Below are positions 49,689-58,169 of a stretch of DNA of 64,000 nucleotides, in pieces. The translations under genes and the position numbers were made by a program. The stretch is taken from assembly GCA_049515915.1 (NCBI GenBank), contig JBEKTP010000005.1, positions 15,307 to 79,306 of the forward strand. Direction: 5' to 3'. The DNA comes from Patescibacteria group bacterium (lineage in GTDB: Bacteria > Patescibacteriota > UBA1384 > UBA12157 > JAENIV01). The notes beneath the pieces are model-generated. The model saw nothing but the letters and a program-made list of their open reading frames with translations. It searched no databases and was not told the origin of the DNA. Numbering within the stretch: the stretch's first letter is position 1; the number at the start of each line of letters is the position of its first letter.

Positions 49689-52088
49689 TCAAATATCTAA
49701 ATTCTTAACATTTTTTGCGTGGGTAAGAATAAAGCGTTTGCGCGGCGCTACTTCGTCGCCCATGAGCATCGAAAAAACTTGATCAGCTCTTTCCGTATCG
49801 TCAACGGAAACTTTGAGTAAAACGCGATTTTCCGGATTCATCGTCGTTTCCCAAAGTTGTGTCGGCTGCATTTCTCCCAAACCTTTGTACCGTTGAATAT
49901 AAACATCTTTGCCCAATTTTTTAATAATCTTATCTTTTTGATCATCGTTATAGGCGTATTCCTTGACCTTACCCTTGGAAATGGAATAGAGCGGCGGTTG
50001 GGCAATGTATAAATTATTATTTTTGATTAAGTCGGGAAAATGACGATAAAAGAAAGTCAATAAGAGTGTGCGGATATGCGCGCCGTCAACATCGGCATCA
50101 GTCATAATAATGACACGGCCGTAGCGGAGCTTGGCCATGTTAATACCCTCGCCAATACCCACCCCCATGGCGACAATTAGCGACTTAATTTCTTCAGATG
50201 AAAGCATCCGGTCAAGTCTAGCCCGCTCAACATTTAAAATTTTTCCACGTAAAGGCAGAATTGCCTGAAACATCCTGTCGCGTCCTTGCTTTGCACTATT
50301 ATGAACAAAGACGCCGCTCGTGAGAGCAAAGTTGTGCGTCTTCGGCACCTCACAATCATATACATCAATTTTTTTTGAAAGAAATTTTATTAACTTTATT
50401 TTGTGGTTATAGCTTTTTACCGTCTCTGAAAATTTTGTACGATCACTATTTAAAAACCGCTCGATCAAAGGCATCAAACTATTATTATTTTCTAAATCTT
50501 TTGCCATCCGATAATGGCCATCACGAAGCATAAACCGGTGATCGGGAGTGCAAATAATTTTTTCATTATTGTCTAATGTAATTTCAATAACTTGAGTATT
50601 TCTTTTTGTTATTCTTGGTGAAAGAATTTTTTCGATACCTATATTTCCATCTGATTTAATTGTATAACAATAATTTGTTTTGCCTCTTTGGTATTCTTTA
50701 ATAAGTTCTTTAAAACTCAAGTTTCTACCGTCAGCTAAAACGAGTTTAGTATCCCCAGAAAAACATCCGCCAGCAGAGTTGCCCTCAACAATATAGAGCT
50801 CGGCGTTTTTCGGATCGCGGGTTGAACAATCGGCAAGCTTGCCGGGCAAAGTCATCCCTTCCAGCGCGCCTTTACGAATAACCGTCTCACGCGCTGCTTT
50901 GGCGGCCAACCGGGCCCGCAAAGATAAAGAACATTTTTCAACAATTCTTTTGGCGTCCTGCGGATGCTCGTCAAGCCAATAACTTAATCCCTCTAAAGTG
51001 GCTTGTTCAACAATGGATTTAACTTCCGGATTGCCGAGCTTGGCTTTTGTCTGACCTTCGAATTGCGGATTCGGGAGTTTAACCGAAATTACGGCCGTCA
51101 ATCCCTCGCGTGTATCATCACCGGAAAGAACCGCTTCGACGCCTTTAACCATCTCATTTTTTTTAGCGTAATCATTAATCGCCCGCGTCAGCGCCGAACG
51201 AAAGCCCGTCAAATGCGAGCCGCCTTCGGTCGTATAAATATTATTGGCAAATGAAAAAACGTGTTCATTATAATCATCAGAATAAGCTAGTGCTACTTCA
51301 ACGCGGATGTCGTCTGACTGTTTTTCTAAATAGGCCGGCGGATCGTTAAAAACTTCTTTGTCTTTATTAATATGGCGAACGTATGATGAAATGCCGCCTT
51401 CAAAGTAGAAAGTGTAACATTTTTCGGGATCAACTGGCTTAGTAAAATCTTCATCTTTTCTTCGATCGCAAATAATAATTCGAATGCCGCGCGTTAAATA
51501 AGCTTGCTGACGCAGATGATTAATGATTGTTTCTAAAGAAAAATTTCGGCTCGAAAAAACCTCTGGGTCTGGCTCAAAAGTAATGGCCGTGCCTTTTTCT
51601 TTAGTTTCACCCACCGGTTTAACCGCCGCTTTAGGTTTACCGCGGACATACTCTTGAACGTAAATTTTGCCATCGCGAAAAACCTCGGCTTTGGTATAGA
51701 TTGAAAGGGCGTTAACCACCGAAACACCGACCCCATGAAGACCGCCGGAGACTTTATATCCGCCGCCTTCGCCGAACTTAGCGCCGGCATGCAGGGTCGT
51801 CAGAACCGTTTCTAAAGCTGATTTTTTAGTCTGAGTGTGAATATCCACCGGAATGCCGCGGCCATTGTCTTTGACCCGAACACGATCTTTCGGCAAAAGC
51901 TCTAAAATAATAGTGTCACAGTAGCCGGCCATTGCTTCATCGATAGCGTTATCCACCACTTCCCAAACAAGGTGATGAAGACCTTCGGCACCCGTTCCGC
52001 CAATATACATGCCTGGACGGCGGCGAACCGGCTCAAGGCCTTCCAAAACCGTAATATTTTGCGCGGTATAACCCGCTTCTTTAGGCAC
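49689..52088 (-). CDS. gyrB: DNA gyrase subunit B, interrupted by a mini-intein
   Basis: GHKL ATPase and TOPRIM motifs. ...LYIVEGNSAGG, then intein, then SAKQGRDRMFQAILPLRGK. The extein is 643 aa. Confidence 0.9.
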   Translation of the reverse strand: MPKEAGYTAQNITVLEGLEPVRRRPGMYIGGTGAEGLHHLVWEVVDNAIDEAMAGYCDTIILELLPKDRVRVKDNGRGIPVDIHTQTKKSALETVLTTLHAGAKFGEGGGYKVSGGLHGVGVSVVNALSIYTKAEVFRDGKIYVQEYVRGKPKAAVKPVGETKEKGTAITFEPDPEVFSSRNFSLETIINHLRQQAYLTRGIRIIICDRRKDEDFTKPVDPEKCYTFYFEGGISSYVRHINKDKEVFNDPPAYLEKQSDDIRVEVALAYSDDYNEHVFSFANNIYTTEGGSHLTGFRSALTRAINDYAKKNEMVKGVEAVLSGDDTREGLTAVISVKLPNPQFEGQTKAKLGNPEVKSIVEQATLEGLSYWLDEHPQDAKRIVEKCSLSLRARLAAKAARETVIRKGALEGMTLPGKLADCSTRDPKNAELYIVEGNSAGGCFSGDTKLVLADGRNLSFKELIKEYQRGKTNYCYTIKSDGNIGIEKILSPRITKRNTQVIEITLDNNEKIICTPDHRFMLRDGHYRMAKDLENNNSLMPLIERFLNSDRTKFSETVKSYNHKIKLIKFLSKKIDVYDCEVPKTHNFALTSGVFVHNSAKQGRDRMFQAILPLRGKILNVERARLDRMLSSEEIKSLIVAMGVGIGEGINMAKLRYGRVIIMTDADVDGAHIRTLLLTFFYRHFPDLIKNNNLYIAQPPLYSISKGKVKEYAYNDDQKDKIIKKLGKDVYIQRYKGLGEMQPTQLWETTMNPENRVLLKVSVDDTERADQVFSMLMGDEVAPRKRFILTHAKNVKNLDI
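50298..50765 (-). mobile_element. GyrB mini-intein (156 aa, no endonuclease domain) at the EGxSAGG|SAKQGRD site
   Basis: CFSGDTKLVLADGRNLSFKELIKEYQRGKTNYCYTIKSDGNIGIEKI...ICTPDHRFMLRDG...SGVFVHN, followed by S. It closely resembles the splicing domain of the Synechocystis GyrB intein (from memory). Confidence 0.85.
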
Positions 52089-52246
52089 TTATATCTCCTT
52101 TTTTTCAACACTTAAAACAAAGGTTTCTTCTCCACTTTAAGGCTTCTTAGTAAAAATTTCGGCCTCAAAATGACTTTCCCTTTTTACAATCCTATTTAAT
52201 ATTGTACCAAAAATTTACCACAAAAGAAACCCAGGAAAATCCTTTT

Positions 52247-53629
52247 TTATCTAATAATTAAATCGTTTTTGACTTCGCCATTAAACAAAACTTTGCCGGA
52301 ATGAATTACGTTTAAGGAATTTTCGGTCGCCCCGGATTGTTTTTGAAAAACTAAATTATAATTTTGAAAATTCTCTGGCAGTTCATATTGCAATTTTAAA
52401 ACCGCCGCTTGGCCCGGGCCGACATCTACCGTCGTCCCAAAAGTCGTTTTACCCGATTCTACATCGACATCAACCGATGTTAAAATATCACGGCCATTTA
52501 AAGTCGCTTCTTTGAGTATTGAATTCTGAGGCACTAACACGCGAATGTACGATGCGTTCACGCCGTCGGGCCAAACATCACTGCCATGATGAATCCGGGT
52601 AATAGAAAGATCAGCCTCTTTGCCTGCCGTCGAATATTCTATTTGTTGGCTGACCGAAAAAGAGCTTTTATTGCCGCCGAAATTGGCAACATTAATGTTT
52701 AAATAATCAGGGATGAGACCACCGGTGATGCTTTGGAGTTCGGCCAAGTCATCCACTTGTCCGCCCCAACCCGCCGCCAAGATTTTTTGTTCGGCCTGGG
52801 CATCTTTAAAATAAAACTGAACTTCTTTATTTTTAAGATCGCTCTTAGCAAGCTGTAAAAGACTCATTTTATTTTGGGCTAACGCTTTCGAGATAATTTT
52901 TGGATAGAGATCTTTGATAATGGTTTTGGGTTCATTTTGGACCCAATTTTGAGGATCATTAAAATAACCTTGCTCGACTTGATATTGCGTTTCACTGAAA
53001 AAATTCGCGGCGGTGATTGTCGTCTGATATTGGGGCATATCAATCGGACCGGTTAATTTGAGCAAATCAACTAATGTGGAGGCATCAATGGCTACCACCC
53101 CATCGACATGATCACCTGACTCAGCTTCGTAAAAACGGTCGATGTCGGCCGCCGCCTCCGGGAAAGACACCGCATAATTAGAATCACGGAGAGTCCACGA
53201 TTTTCCTTCAATAAATTTAGCCAATGGCGCGGGCGCTTTAATATAGTGCGTCGCCGTATAAGCAGAATCGAGTTTATAAATATTGGTATCAAAAGTGATA
53301 TTTTTAACCTCAAAATCTTGGGTTTGTAAAACGGCGAATGAACCAATAAAACCGCCTGATGGTCGCTGCTCGCTATCATTTTGAAAAACCAAAAGAAATT
53401 TTCCATTGCGGAAAAATGAAACTGGATCCAGGCGATTGATTAAAAATGATGCCGTGGCTTGGCCAGCAAAATTAAAATTCAAGACTAAAATAAAGAGGAC
53501 TAAAAAAACGATTAAAACCTTAAAAAGCCTCGTCGTCTTTTTTACTCCCGGCGTTAATCTAGAAGATTTAAAAGCTGATTTCTTAGAAGAGCTTTTGCCA
53601 CTTAAATACAGATCGCGGAGCTTCCGCAA
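52247..53629 (-). CDS. DUF4012-like signal-anchored protein
   Basis: N-terminal TM and the RPSGGFIGS motif characteristic of DUF4012 proteins common in CPR. The assignment is from memory. Confidence 0.45.
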   Translation of the reverse strand: MRKLRDLYLSGKSSSKKSAFKSSRLTPGVKKTTRLFKVLIVFLVLFILVLNFNFAGQATASFLINRLDPVSFFRNGKFLLVFQNDSEQRPSGGFIGSFAVLQTQDFEVKNITFDTNIYKLDSAYTATHYIKAPAPLAKFIEGKSWTLRDSNYAVSFPEAAADIDRFYEAESGDHVDGVVAIDASTLVDLLKLTGPIDMPQYQTTITAANFFSETQYQVEQGYFNDPQNWVQNEPKTIIKDLYPKIISKALAQNKMSLLQLAKSDLKNKEVQFYFKDAQAEQKILAAGWGGQVDDLAELQSITGGLIPDYLNINVANFGGNKSSFSVSQQIEYSTAGKEADLSITRIHHGSDVWPDGVNASYIRVLVPQNSILKEATLNGRDILTSVDVDVESGKTTFGTTVDVGPGQAAVLKLQYELPENFQNYNLVFQKQSGATENSLNVIHSGKVLFNGEVKNDLIIR

Positions 53630-53659
53630 ATGCCCTCCTTTGGCTGAGAATTTTTAAAA

Positions 53660-54277
53660 TTATCTCTGGCGAAAATATTCAACCGACAAAGCCAAAACCG
53701 CGCCGAGCAGGATACTGACAATCAAAGCAATGGCCGTATCAAGAGTGGTATTGGCCGGATTATCGGTAACAATGGAGTTAAATTTAACAAGTTGATAAAG
53801 ACTATCCTGATCAGTACTGGCCATATCATTAGTCTTTTCTTGCATCACAGCCGCGGCAGCATCGATTAACTTAGCAGCATCATCTCGATTAGCACTGACC
53901 AACGAAACATTAATCGTGGCAGGCTGTTGAAGTAATGCTTTGATCAACTTTGGCAACTTTCCTTGCGCAATATTCGGAATTGGAACCCCAGCTTTGTTAT
54001 AGATATCGTTAATGACCGAGGGCGAATTAAACCAAGAGTCTACAATTTGCGAAAAAAGCTGAGCCGATTGAACGTTATAATAGTTATCATACAAATAAAA
54101 ATCAACTTGAGACTGCTTAATCGTTGATTCTTTATCAACCGTTAAGGTCGTCGAAGCTAAATAGGTTTTGGGTTGATACTTAGCGTAGAAAAATGTCCCC
54201 AAGGTCAATATGATCACCGTTAATGCAAAGATAACCCAATGTTTACCAATGATTCGAATGTATTGTCTAAGCTCCAT
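53660..54277 (-). CDS. Wzz/YveK-like polysaccharide chain-length determinant
   Basis: N-terminal MELRQYIRIIGKHWVIFALTVIIL...TLTVD Wzz motif and a C-terminal second TM. Confidence 0.55.
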   Translation of the reverse strand: MELRQYIRIIGKHWVIFALTVIILTLGTFFYAKYQPKTYLASTTLTVDKESTIKQSQVDFYLYDNYYNVQSAQLFSQIVDSWFNSPSVINDIYNKAGVPIPNIAQGKLPKLIKALLQQPATINVSLVSANRDDAAKLIDAAAAVMQEKTNDMASTDQDSLYQLVKFNSIVTDNPANTTLDTAIALIVSILLGAVLALSVEYFRQR

Positions 54278-54299
54278 GCTTGTCCTTTCTTCCCTAATT

Positions 54300-55421
54300 T
54301 TAAGATTTAAGATTTGAATTTTGAACTTTAGCTATAATATACTCCAAAATTTTCTTTTTGAAAACCCCCTTATCAAATTTTTCAGCCTGTCGTCGAATGA
54401 CAGCGCGGTCAAACTTCATTTTTTGAAAACGCCGAACGGCTTTGATTAGACCTTCAACGCTTTGCTCATAAAAAAACAATCCGGTTTGGCCATCAATCAC
54501 CGACTCCAGCGCCCCACCTTGACCATAAGCAATCACCGGCCGGCCACAGGCCATTGCCTCAAGCGGGGTAATGCCGGCATCTTCTTCTTGGGGAAAAATA
54601 AAAGCCTGACAATCCTGGTAATATTTGACTAATTCGTTATCGGTCACCCACCCGATCAGTTTGATATTTTGAGTGATCACGCGGTGGTACTCAGAAAGAC
54701 GCGTCCCCCCACCCACAATTTTGAGTGGCAGTTTAAGTTTTTTAAATGCCTCGATGGCCATATCTACCTTTTTATACGGTTCAATTCGAGAAACAAGAAG
54801 ATAATATTCGCCTTTTTTATCAGACAATTGAAAATTTTTCGCGTCGACCGGTGGAAAAATCGGATCAGACTGACGATGATAATATTGCTTGATTCTAAAT
54901 TGTCCATTCTTGGAATTAGCAATATAAAAATCGGGGCGTTTTGAGGCTTTAAGATCCCAACTTTTAAGATATTTTAAGATTAAAGGCATCAGCGGTCGAA
55001 TGAAAAACGGGATGGGCGCACTTTTAATGTAGCTAGCCGAGTCAATCCAAAGATATCGAGTCGGAGTGTTGCAATAGCAAATATGCAATGTTCCCGGTTT
55101 GGTTTTAACACCTTTGGTTAAAGCCGAAGTGATAGACAGTACCACATCGAAATCATCCAGTTTAAAAGACTCGACTGCTTTAGGCATCAGCGGCAAGTAC
55201 CATTTATATTTTTTTGAAGCAAAGGGCAATTTTTGAATAAACGATGGCCGAATATCAAACTGATCATATTTATGCAATGTCTTCTTTTTGTTCCAAACCA
55301 AAGTAAAAACCGGCGCTTTCGGGAAAAGTTCCAAATAAGCATCAAGTAATCGTTCGGCCCCGCCAAGTTGAGTTAATTCCTCAACGACAATGGCAATTTT
55401 GAGATTTTGTAACTTATTCAT
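54300..55421 (-). CDS. Glycosyltransferase family 4 (GT-B); start at MNKLQNLKIAIV
   Basis: EDAGITPLEAMACGRPVIAYGQGGALESV is the GT4 EX7E motif. The start abuts the stop of the upstream gene. Confidence 0.75.
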   Translation of the reverse strand: MNKLQNLKIAIVVEELTQLGGAERLLDAYLELFPKAPVFTLVWNKKKTLHKYDQFDIRPSFIQKLPFASKKYKWYLPLMPKAVESFKLDDFDVVLSITSALTKGVKTKPGTLHICYCNTPTRYLWIDSASYIKSAPIPFFIRPLMPLILKYLKSWDLKASKRPDFYIANSKNGQFRIKQYYHRQSDPIFPPVDAKNFQLSDKKGEYYLLVSRIEPYKKVDMAIEAFKKLKLPLKIVGGGTRLSEYHRVITQNIKLIGWVTDNELVKYYQDCQAFIFPQEEDAGITPLEAMACGRPVIAYGQGGALESVIDGQTGLFFYEQSVEGLIKAVRRFQKMKFDRAVIRRQAEKFDKGVFKKKILEYIIAKVQNSNLKS

Positions 55422-55423
55422 TT

Positions 55424-56782
55424 CTAGTATGCGCCCCGGCCGCGGATAATTACCCATAAAGTTCTTAAAAATATCTGTAAATCGAGCCACAAAGACCAGT
55501 TTTCAATATAGTAGGCGTCGAGTCGCACCCATTCGTCAAACGATAATTCCGATCGTCCCGAAACCTGCCAAAGACCGGTAATGCCCGGCTTAACCCCTAA
55601 GCGTTTTCTTTGCCAGGTAGTGTAACGTTCAACTTCTGAAGGCAGGGGTGGTCGCGGGCCGATTAAACTCATATCGCCTTTTAAAACATTGAAAAACTGC
55701 GGTAGTTCATCTAAACTCGTTTTTCTTAAAATTCGCCCCAGCGGCGTCGCGCGCGGATCGTGCGAAAGTTTAAACATATTACCGTATTTTTGAATATATT
55801 TTTCATGTTCTTTCTCGGCCATGTTTTTCATACTACGAAACTTATAAAAAATAAATTTTTTCTCCAGGCCGACCCGTTCCTGCCGAAAAAGAATCGGTCC
55901 TCTGGAGGTGAGTTTGATTAGACCGGCGATAATCAGCATCAAGGGCGAAAAAATGATGATTAAAATTAATGAGCCGACTAAATCAACAATTCTTTTAATA
56001 ATTCTCCCCCAACCATCAAGCGATGTCCGTTTAAACTCCATAATCGGTACGCCGGCTAAAGTTTGAACATCAATATGGGAAGAGCGGACTAAAAATAAAT
56101 CCGGTGTGGTCTTAAGGCTAATTTGATGAAAGCGACAAAATTCCAAAATCTCTGAAATTTTCGATTGATTAAGATGAGTATTGGTAACAATAATTTCATC
56201 GGCCGGATTACGCTCAAGAATGGCCTCTAATTTTTCAACACCAGCCTCGTCAATGACTTTAACCAGTTTATATCCCAAGCCGCGGTTTCTTTTAATTTCA
56301 TCCACAATAAAACGTGTTGAGGAGTTGCCGCCAACCACAATGACTCGGTGGACACCAATATCATAGCGGTAGAGAAAACGTTCGATGAAATTAATTAAAA
56401 ATCGCCCGAGAGTAACTAAAATAATCGCCACCAGCCAAACATAGATAATAATCAATCGAGAAAAGAAAAATGTCCGGCTCAAGAAAATCCAAGCCAGGAC
56501 TATGCCGACCGCCGAGGAAACTGCCACGATTATTTTGCCAAGTTCTTCAAGTCGTCGATCTTTTTCACGCACTGAATAAAGTCCGGCCACAATAAAAGTC
56601 ACCAGCCAAATCGGAATAGTAGTCAATATGAAATGAAGATAACCTTGCAGCGGCTCAATATAAATAGTCGGTACAAATGTTAGAAAAGTTCGTAGCCAGT
56701 AGGCAATAACAAATGAAAAAACGACCATCAATAGGTCAACCGGAATTTTTAAGAAAGTAAATATTAGCTCGGAACGCTTCAA
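55424..56782 (-). CDS. Polyprenyl-phosphate sugar phosphotransferase (WbaP/EpsL-type bacterial sugar transferase)
   Basis: Five N-terminal TMs and the C-terminal PF02397-type motif PRPPLPSEVERYTTWQRKRLGVKPGITGLWQVSGR. Confidence 0.8.
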   Translation of the reverse strand: MKRSELIFTFLKIPVDLLMVVFSFVIAYWLRTFLTFVPTIYIEPLQGYLHFILTTIPIWLVTFIVAGLYSVREKDRRLEELGKIIVAVSSAVGIVLAWIFLSRTFFFSRLIIIYVWLVAIILVTLGRFLINFIERFLYRYDIGVHRVIVVGGNSSTRFIVDEIKRNRGLGYKLVKVIDEAGVEKLEAILERNPADEIIVTNTHLNQSKISEILEFCRFHQISLKTTPDLFLVRSSHIDVQTLAGVPIMEFKRTSLDGWGRIIKRIVDLVGSLILIIIFSPLMLIIAGLIKLTSRGPILFRQERVGLEKKFIFYKFRSMKNMAEKEHEKYIQKYGNMFKLSHDPRATPLGRILRKTSLDELPQFFNVLKGDMSLIGPRPPLPSEVERYTTWQRKRLGVKPGITGLWQVSGRSELSFDEWVRLDAYYIENWSLWLDLQIFLRTLWVIIRGRGAY

Positions 56783-56913
56783 ATGTTCTCCTCGATTTCT
56801 ATACTATAAACTATAATATCCTATAAATAACTCGGTAGCAACCGATTAAGGTTTTACAATAAAGTCTAACAGAAAAGCAATTAAAAATCAATCTCTTATA
56901 TCAGCCGCTTACA

Positions 56914-56966
56914 CAAGAAAACTCGCTATTCGTCATATAAACGAAACGAGTTTTCTTGTTTTTTAT
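56914..56966 (+). terminator. Strong plus-strand intrinsic terminator with no upstream plus-strand gene
   Basis: A 12-bp stem CAAGAAAACTCG/CGAGTTTTCTTG with an inner TTCGT/ACGAA pairing, followed by TTTTTTATTTG. Confidence 0.45.
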
Positions 56967-56985
56967 TTGTGCTTTTAATCCCTTG

Positions 56986-57189
56986 TTATTTAGCTTTCCT
57001 TAACATTGGAAGCCCAGTTCGTGAGTTTTCCATCACCTCATAACCAGCTGGTAAATCATCCAAAGCACCTTCTTTTTCGGTTCGAGCAAAGAAATAAATC
57101 GTTTGCTGTCGGCCGCCGCGCAAAGTTACATCTTTCGAGTGGAGAAAATAGGTTTCTCCAGTTTTCTTGGATTGAACTGAATATGCCAC
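56986..57189 (-). CDS. Small conserved-looking protein (67 aa), GTG start with extended SD AAGGAGGTGA
   Basis: AAGGAGGTGA lies 5 nt upstream of the GTG. The sequence YFLHSKDVTLRGGRQQTIYFFAR...LPAGYEVMENSRTGLPMLRK has no family I can name. Confidence 0.5.
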   Translation of the reverse strand: MAYSVQSKKTGETYFLHSKDVTLRGGRQQTIYFFARTEKEGALDDLPAGYEVMENSRTGLPMLRKAK

Positions 57190-57339
57190 TTAAATCACCT
57201 CCTTTTCAAACCGTAGTTGTTGGGTGATAGATTTTATCCCGATGTCGCCATCTGGACAATCTCTATTTTCCAAAAACATTCTGGTTATTTTTACCTGACT
57301 TTCAGGTACATACCTACTAATTCTCGTGATTACGCTTGA

Positions 57340-57359
57340 CTAATAGGTATACACCTATT
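57340..57359. promoter_or_regulatory. Palindromic operator-like site TAATAGGT-ATAC-ACCTATTA overlapping a TTGACT -35
   Basis: An 8-bp perfect inverted repeat with a 4-nt spacer, immediately 3' of TTGACT (57335-57340). A G6-TA-T7 tract follows (57365-57379). Confidence 0.4.
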
Positions 57360-57391
57360 ATCAGAGGGGGGTATTTTTTTGTCAAGAGGAG

Positions 57392-57415
57392 AGCAAATTT
57401 ACAGGTTTAAATTTG
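57392..57415. promoter_or_regulatory. Second palindrome GCAAATTT-N8-AAATTTGC
   Basis: An 8-bp perfect inverted repeat with an 8-nt spacer, in the AT-rich junction region. Confidence 0.3.
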
Positions 57416-57549
57416 CATTTTATCCTTAAAATTCAATTTCAACCTGATATTATAATGCCAAGATATCCACAGGGGAAAGACAGTAAAAAGTAAGAAGTTA
57501 TTAGTTATTGGTTATTAAGTATAGATACCAAACTAGAGCTTATTTCCAG

Positions 57550-57578
57550 TTGACAAACAGGTTCTCCTGTGATAAGAT
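57550..57578 (+). promoter_or_regulatory. Promoter TTGACA-17-TAAGAT driving the first high-GC gene
   Basis: Consensus -35 with a 17-nt spacer; the -10 matches the TAAGAT variant used by tuf and fusA here. SD AAGGAG at 57598-57603. Confidence 0.5.
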
Positions 57579-57610
57579 ACAATATTCGCCGTAATGAAAG
57601 GAGAACGGTC

Positions 57611-58027
57611 GTGCCGATTATCACAGGGAAAGGTGTCCCGGCGGGTCTCGAAAAAGGAAAGAAGGTATACGACCAGCTCAAGCATGACATCGCGGTGGCG
57701 GCCGCAACAACACGAGGCCTCGAAGATATCGGATTCGACGAGGTGGAAGTCTTCCTGATATCTGACCTCGGCACCGTCGGCAATGCTCTTGTCTTCGAGG
57801 TTACCGGGATCTTCGAGCGCCCCGACCGGACGCCAGAGGTCTACCGCCGACTCGAGGAGAACATCTGCAGGGTCCTCCGCTCCTTCGCGAGCAAGTGGAT
57901 CCCGGCGTGCACTACCGTCGAAGCGGAGGTGATCCACAAGATGAAGCCGAAAGACTTGACGCTCTACGTACGACCAGACATCCTGGGCCTGCGCATACGG
58001 AGATTCAAGAGAATCCGATTCAAGTGA
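57611..58027 (+). CDS. Hypothetical high-GC protein (~138 aa, GTG start, N-terminal MPIITGKG; possible tautomerase-like Pro1 protein, very tentative)
   Basis: AAGGAG lies 7 nt upstream of the GTG. High-GC codon usage. Overlapping antisense ORFs are ignored. Confidence 0.4.
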   Translation: MPIITGKGVPAGLEKGKKVYDQLKHDIAVAAATTRGLEDIGFDEVEVFLISDLGTVGNALVFEVTGIFERPDRTPEVYRRLEENICRVLRSFASKWIPACTTVEAEVIHKMKPKDLTLYVRPDILGLRIRRFKRIRFK

Positions 58028-58102
58028 TGCGCATTGCGCGCATCACAAGCAGTACAAAGGCGGCGCCTGGGACACCAGGCGCCGCTTCTTCATATCAATA
58101 CC

Positions 58103-58163
58103 AAAAAGAGCTTTCGTTCTCAAAAAACAGGAAGGGCGGAGCGGACACCAGTCCGCCCCGCCC
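58103..58163 (-). terminator. 62-bp repeated element, copy 1: AGAGC-UUUC-GCUCU mini-hairpin plus 13-bp GC hairpin with a minus-strand U-run (purB-like gene terminator)
   Basis: aaaaagagctttcgttctcaaaaaacaggaagggcggagcggacaccagtccgccccgccc. On the minus strand the GC hairpin is followed by CUGUUUUUUGAG. Confidence 0.5.
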
Positions 58164-58169
58164 GCTCAC

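Noticed and set aside
57006-57227. 73-aa plus-strand ORF antisense to the 67-aa gene
   Set aside because: The minus-strand gene has an extended AAGGAGGTGA SD and a conserved-looking sequence. The plus ORF has neither.
57569-57610. ATG at 57569 (track start MIRYNIRRNERRTVV...) as the start of the first high-GC gene
   Set aside because: This ATG lies inside the -10 hexamer of the TTGACA-17-TAAGAT promoter and upstream of the AAGGAG SD. The in-frame GTG at 57611, 7 nt after the SD, is far more plausible.
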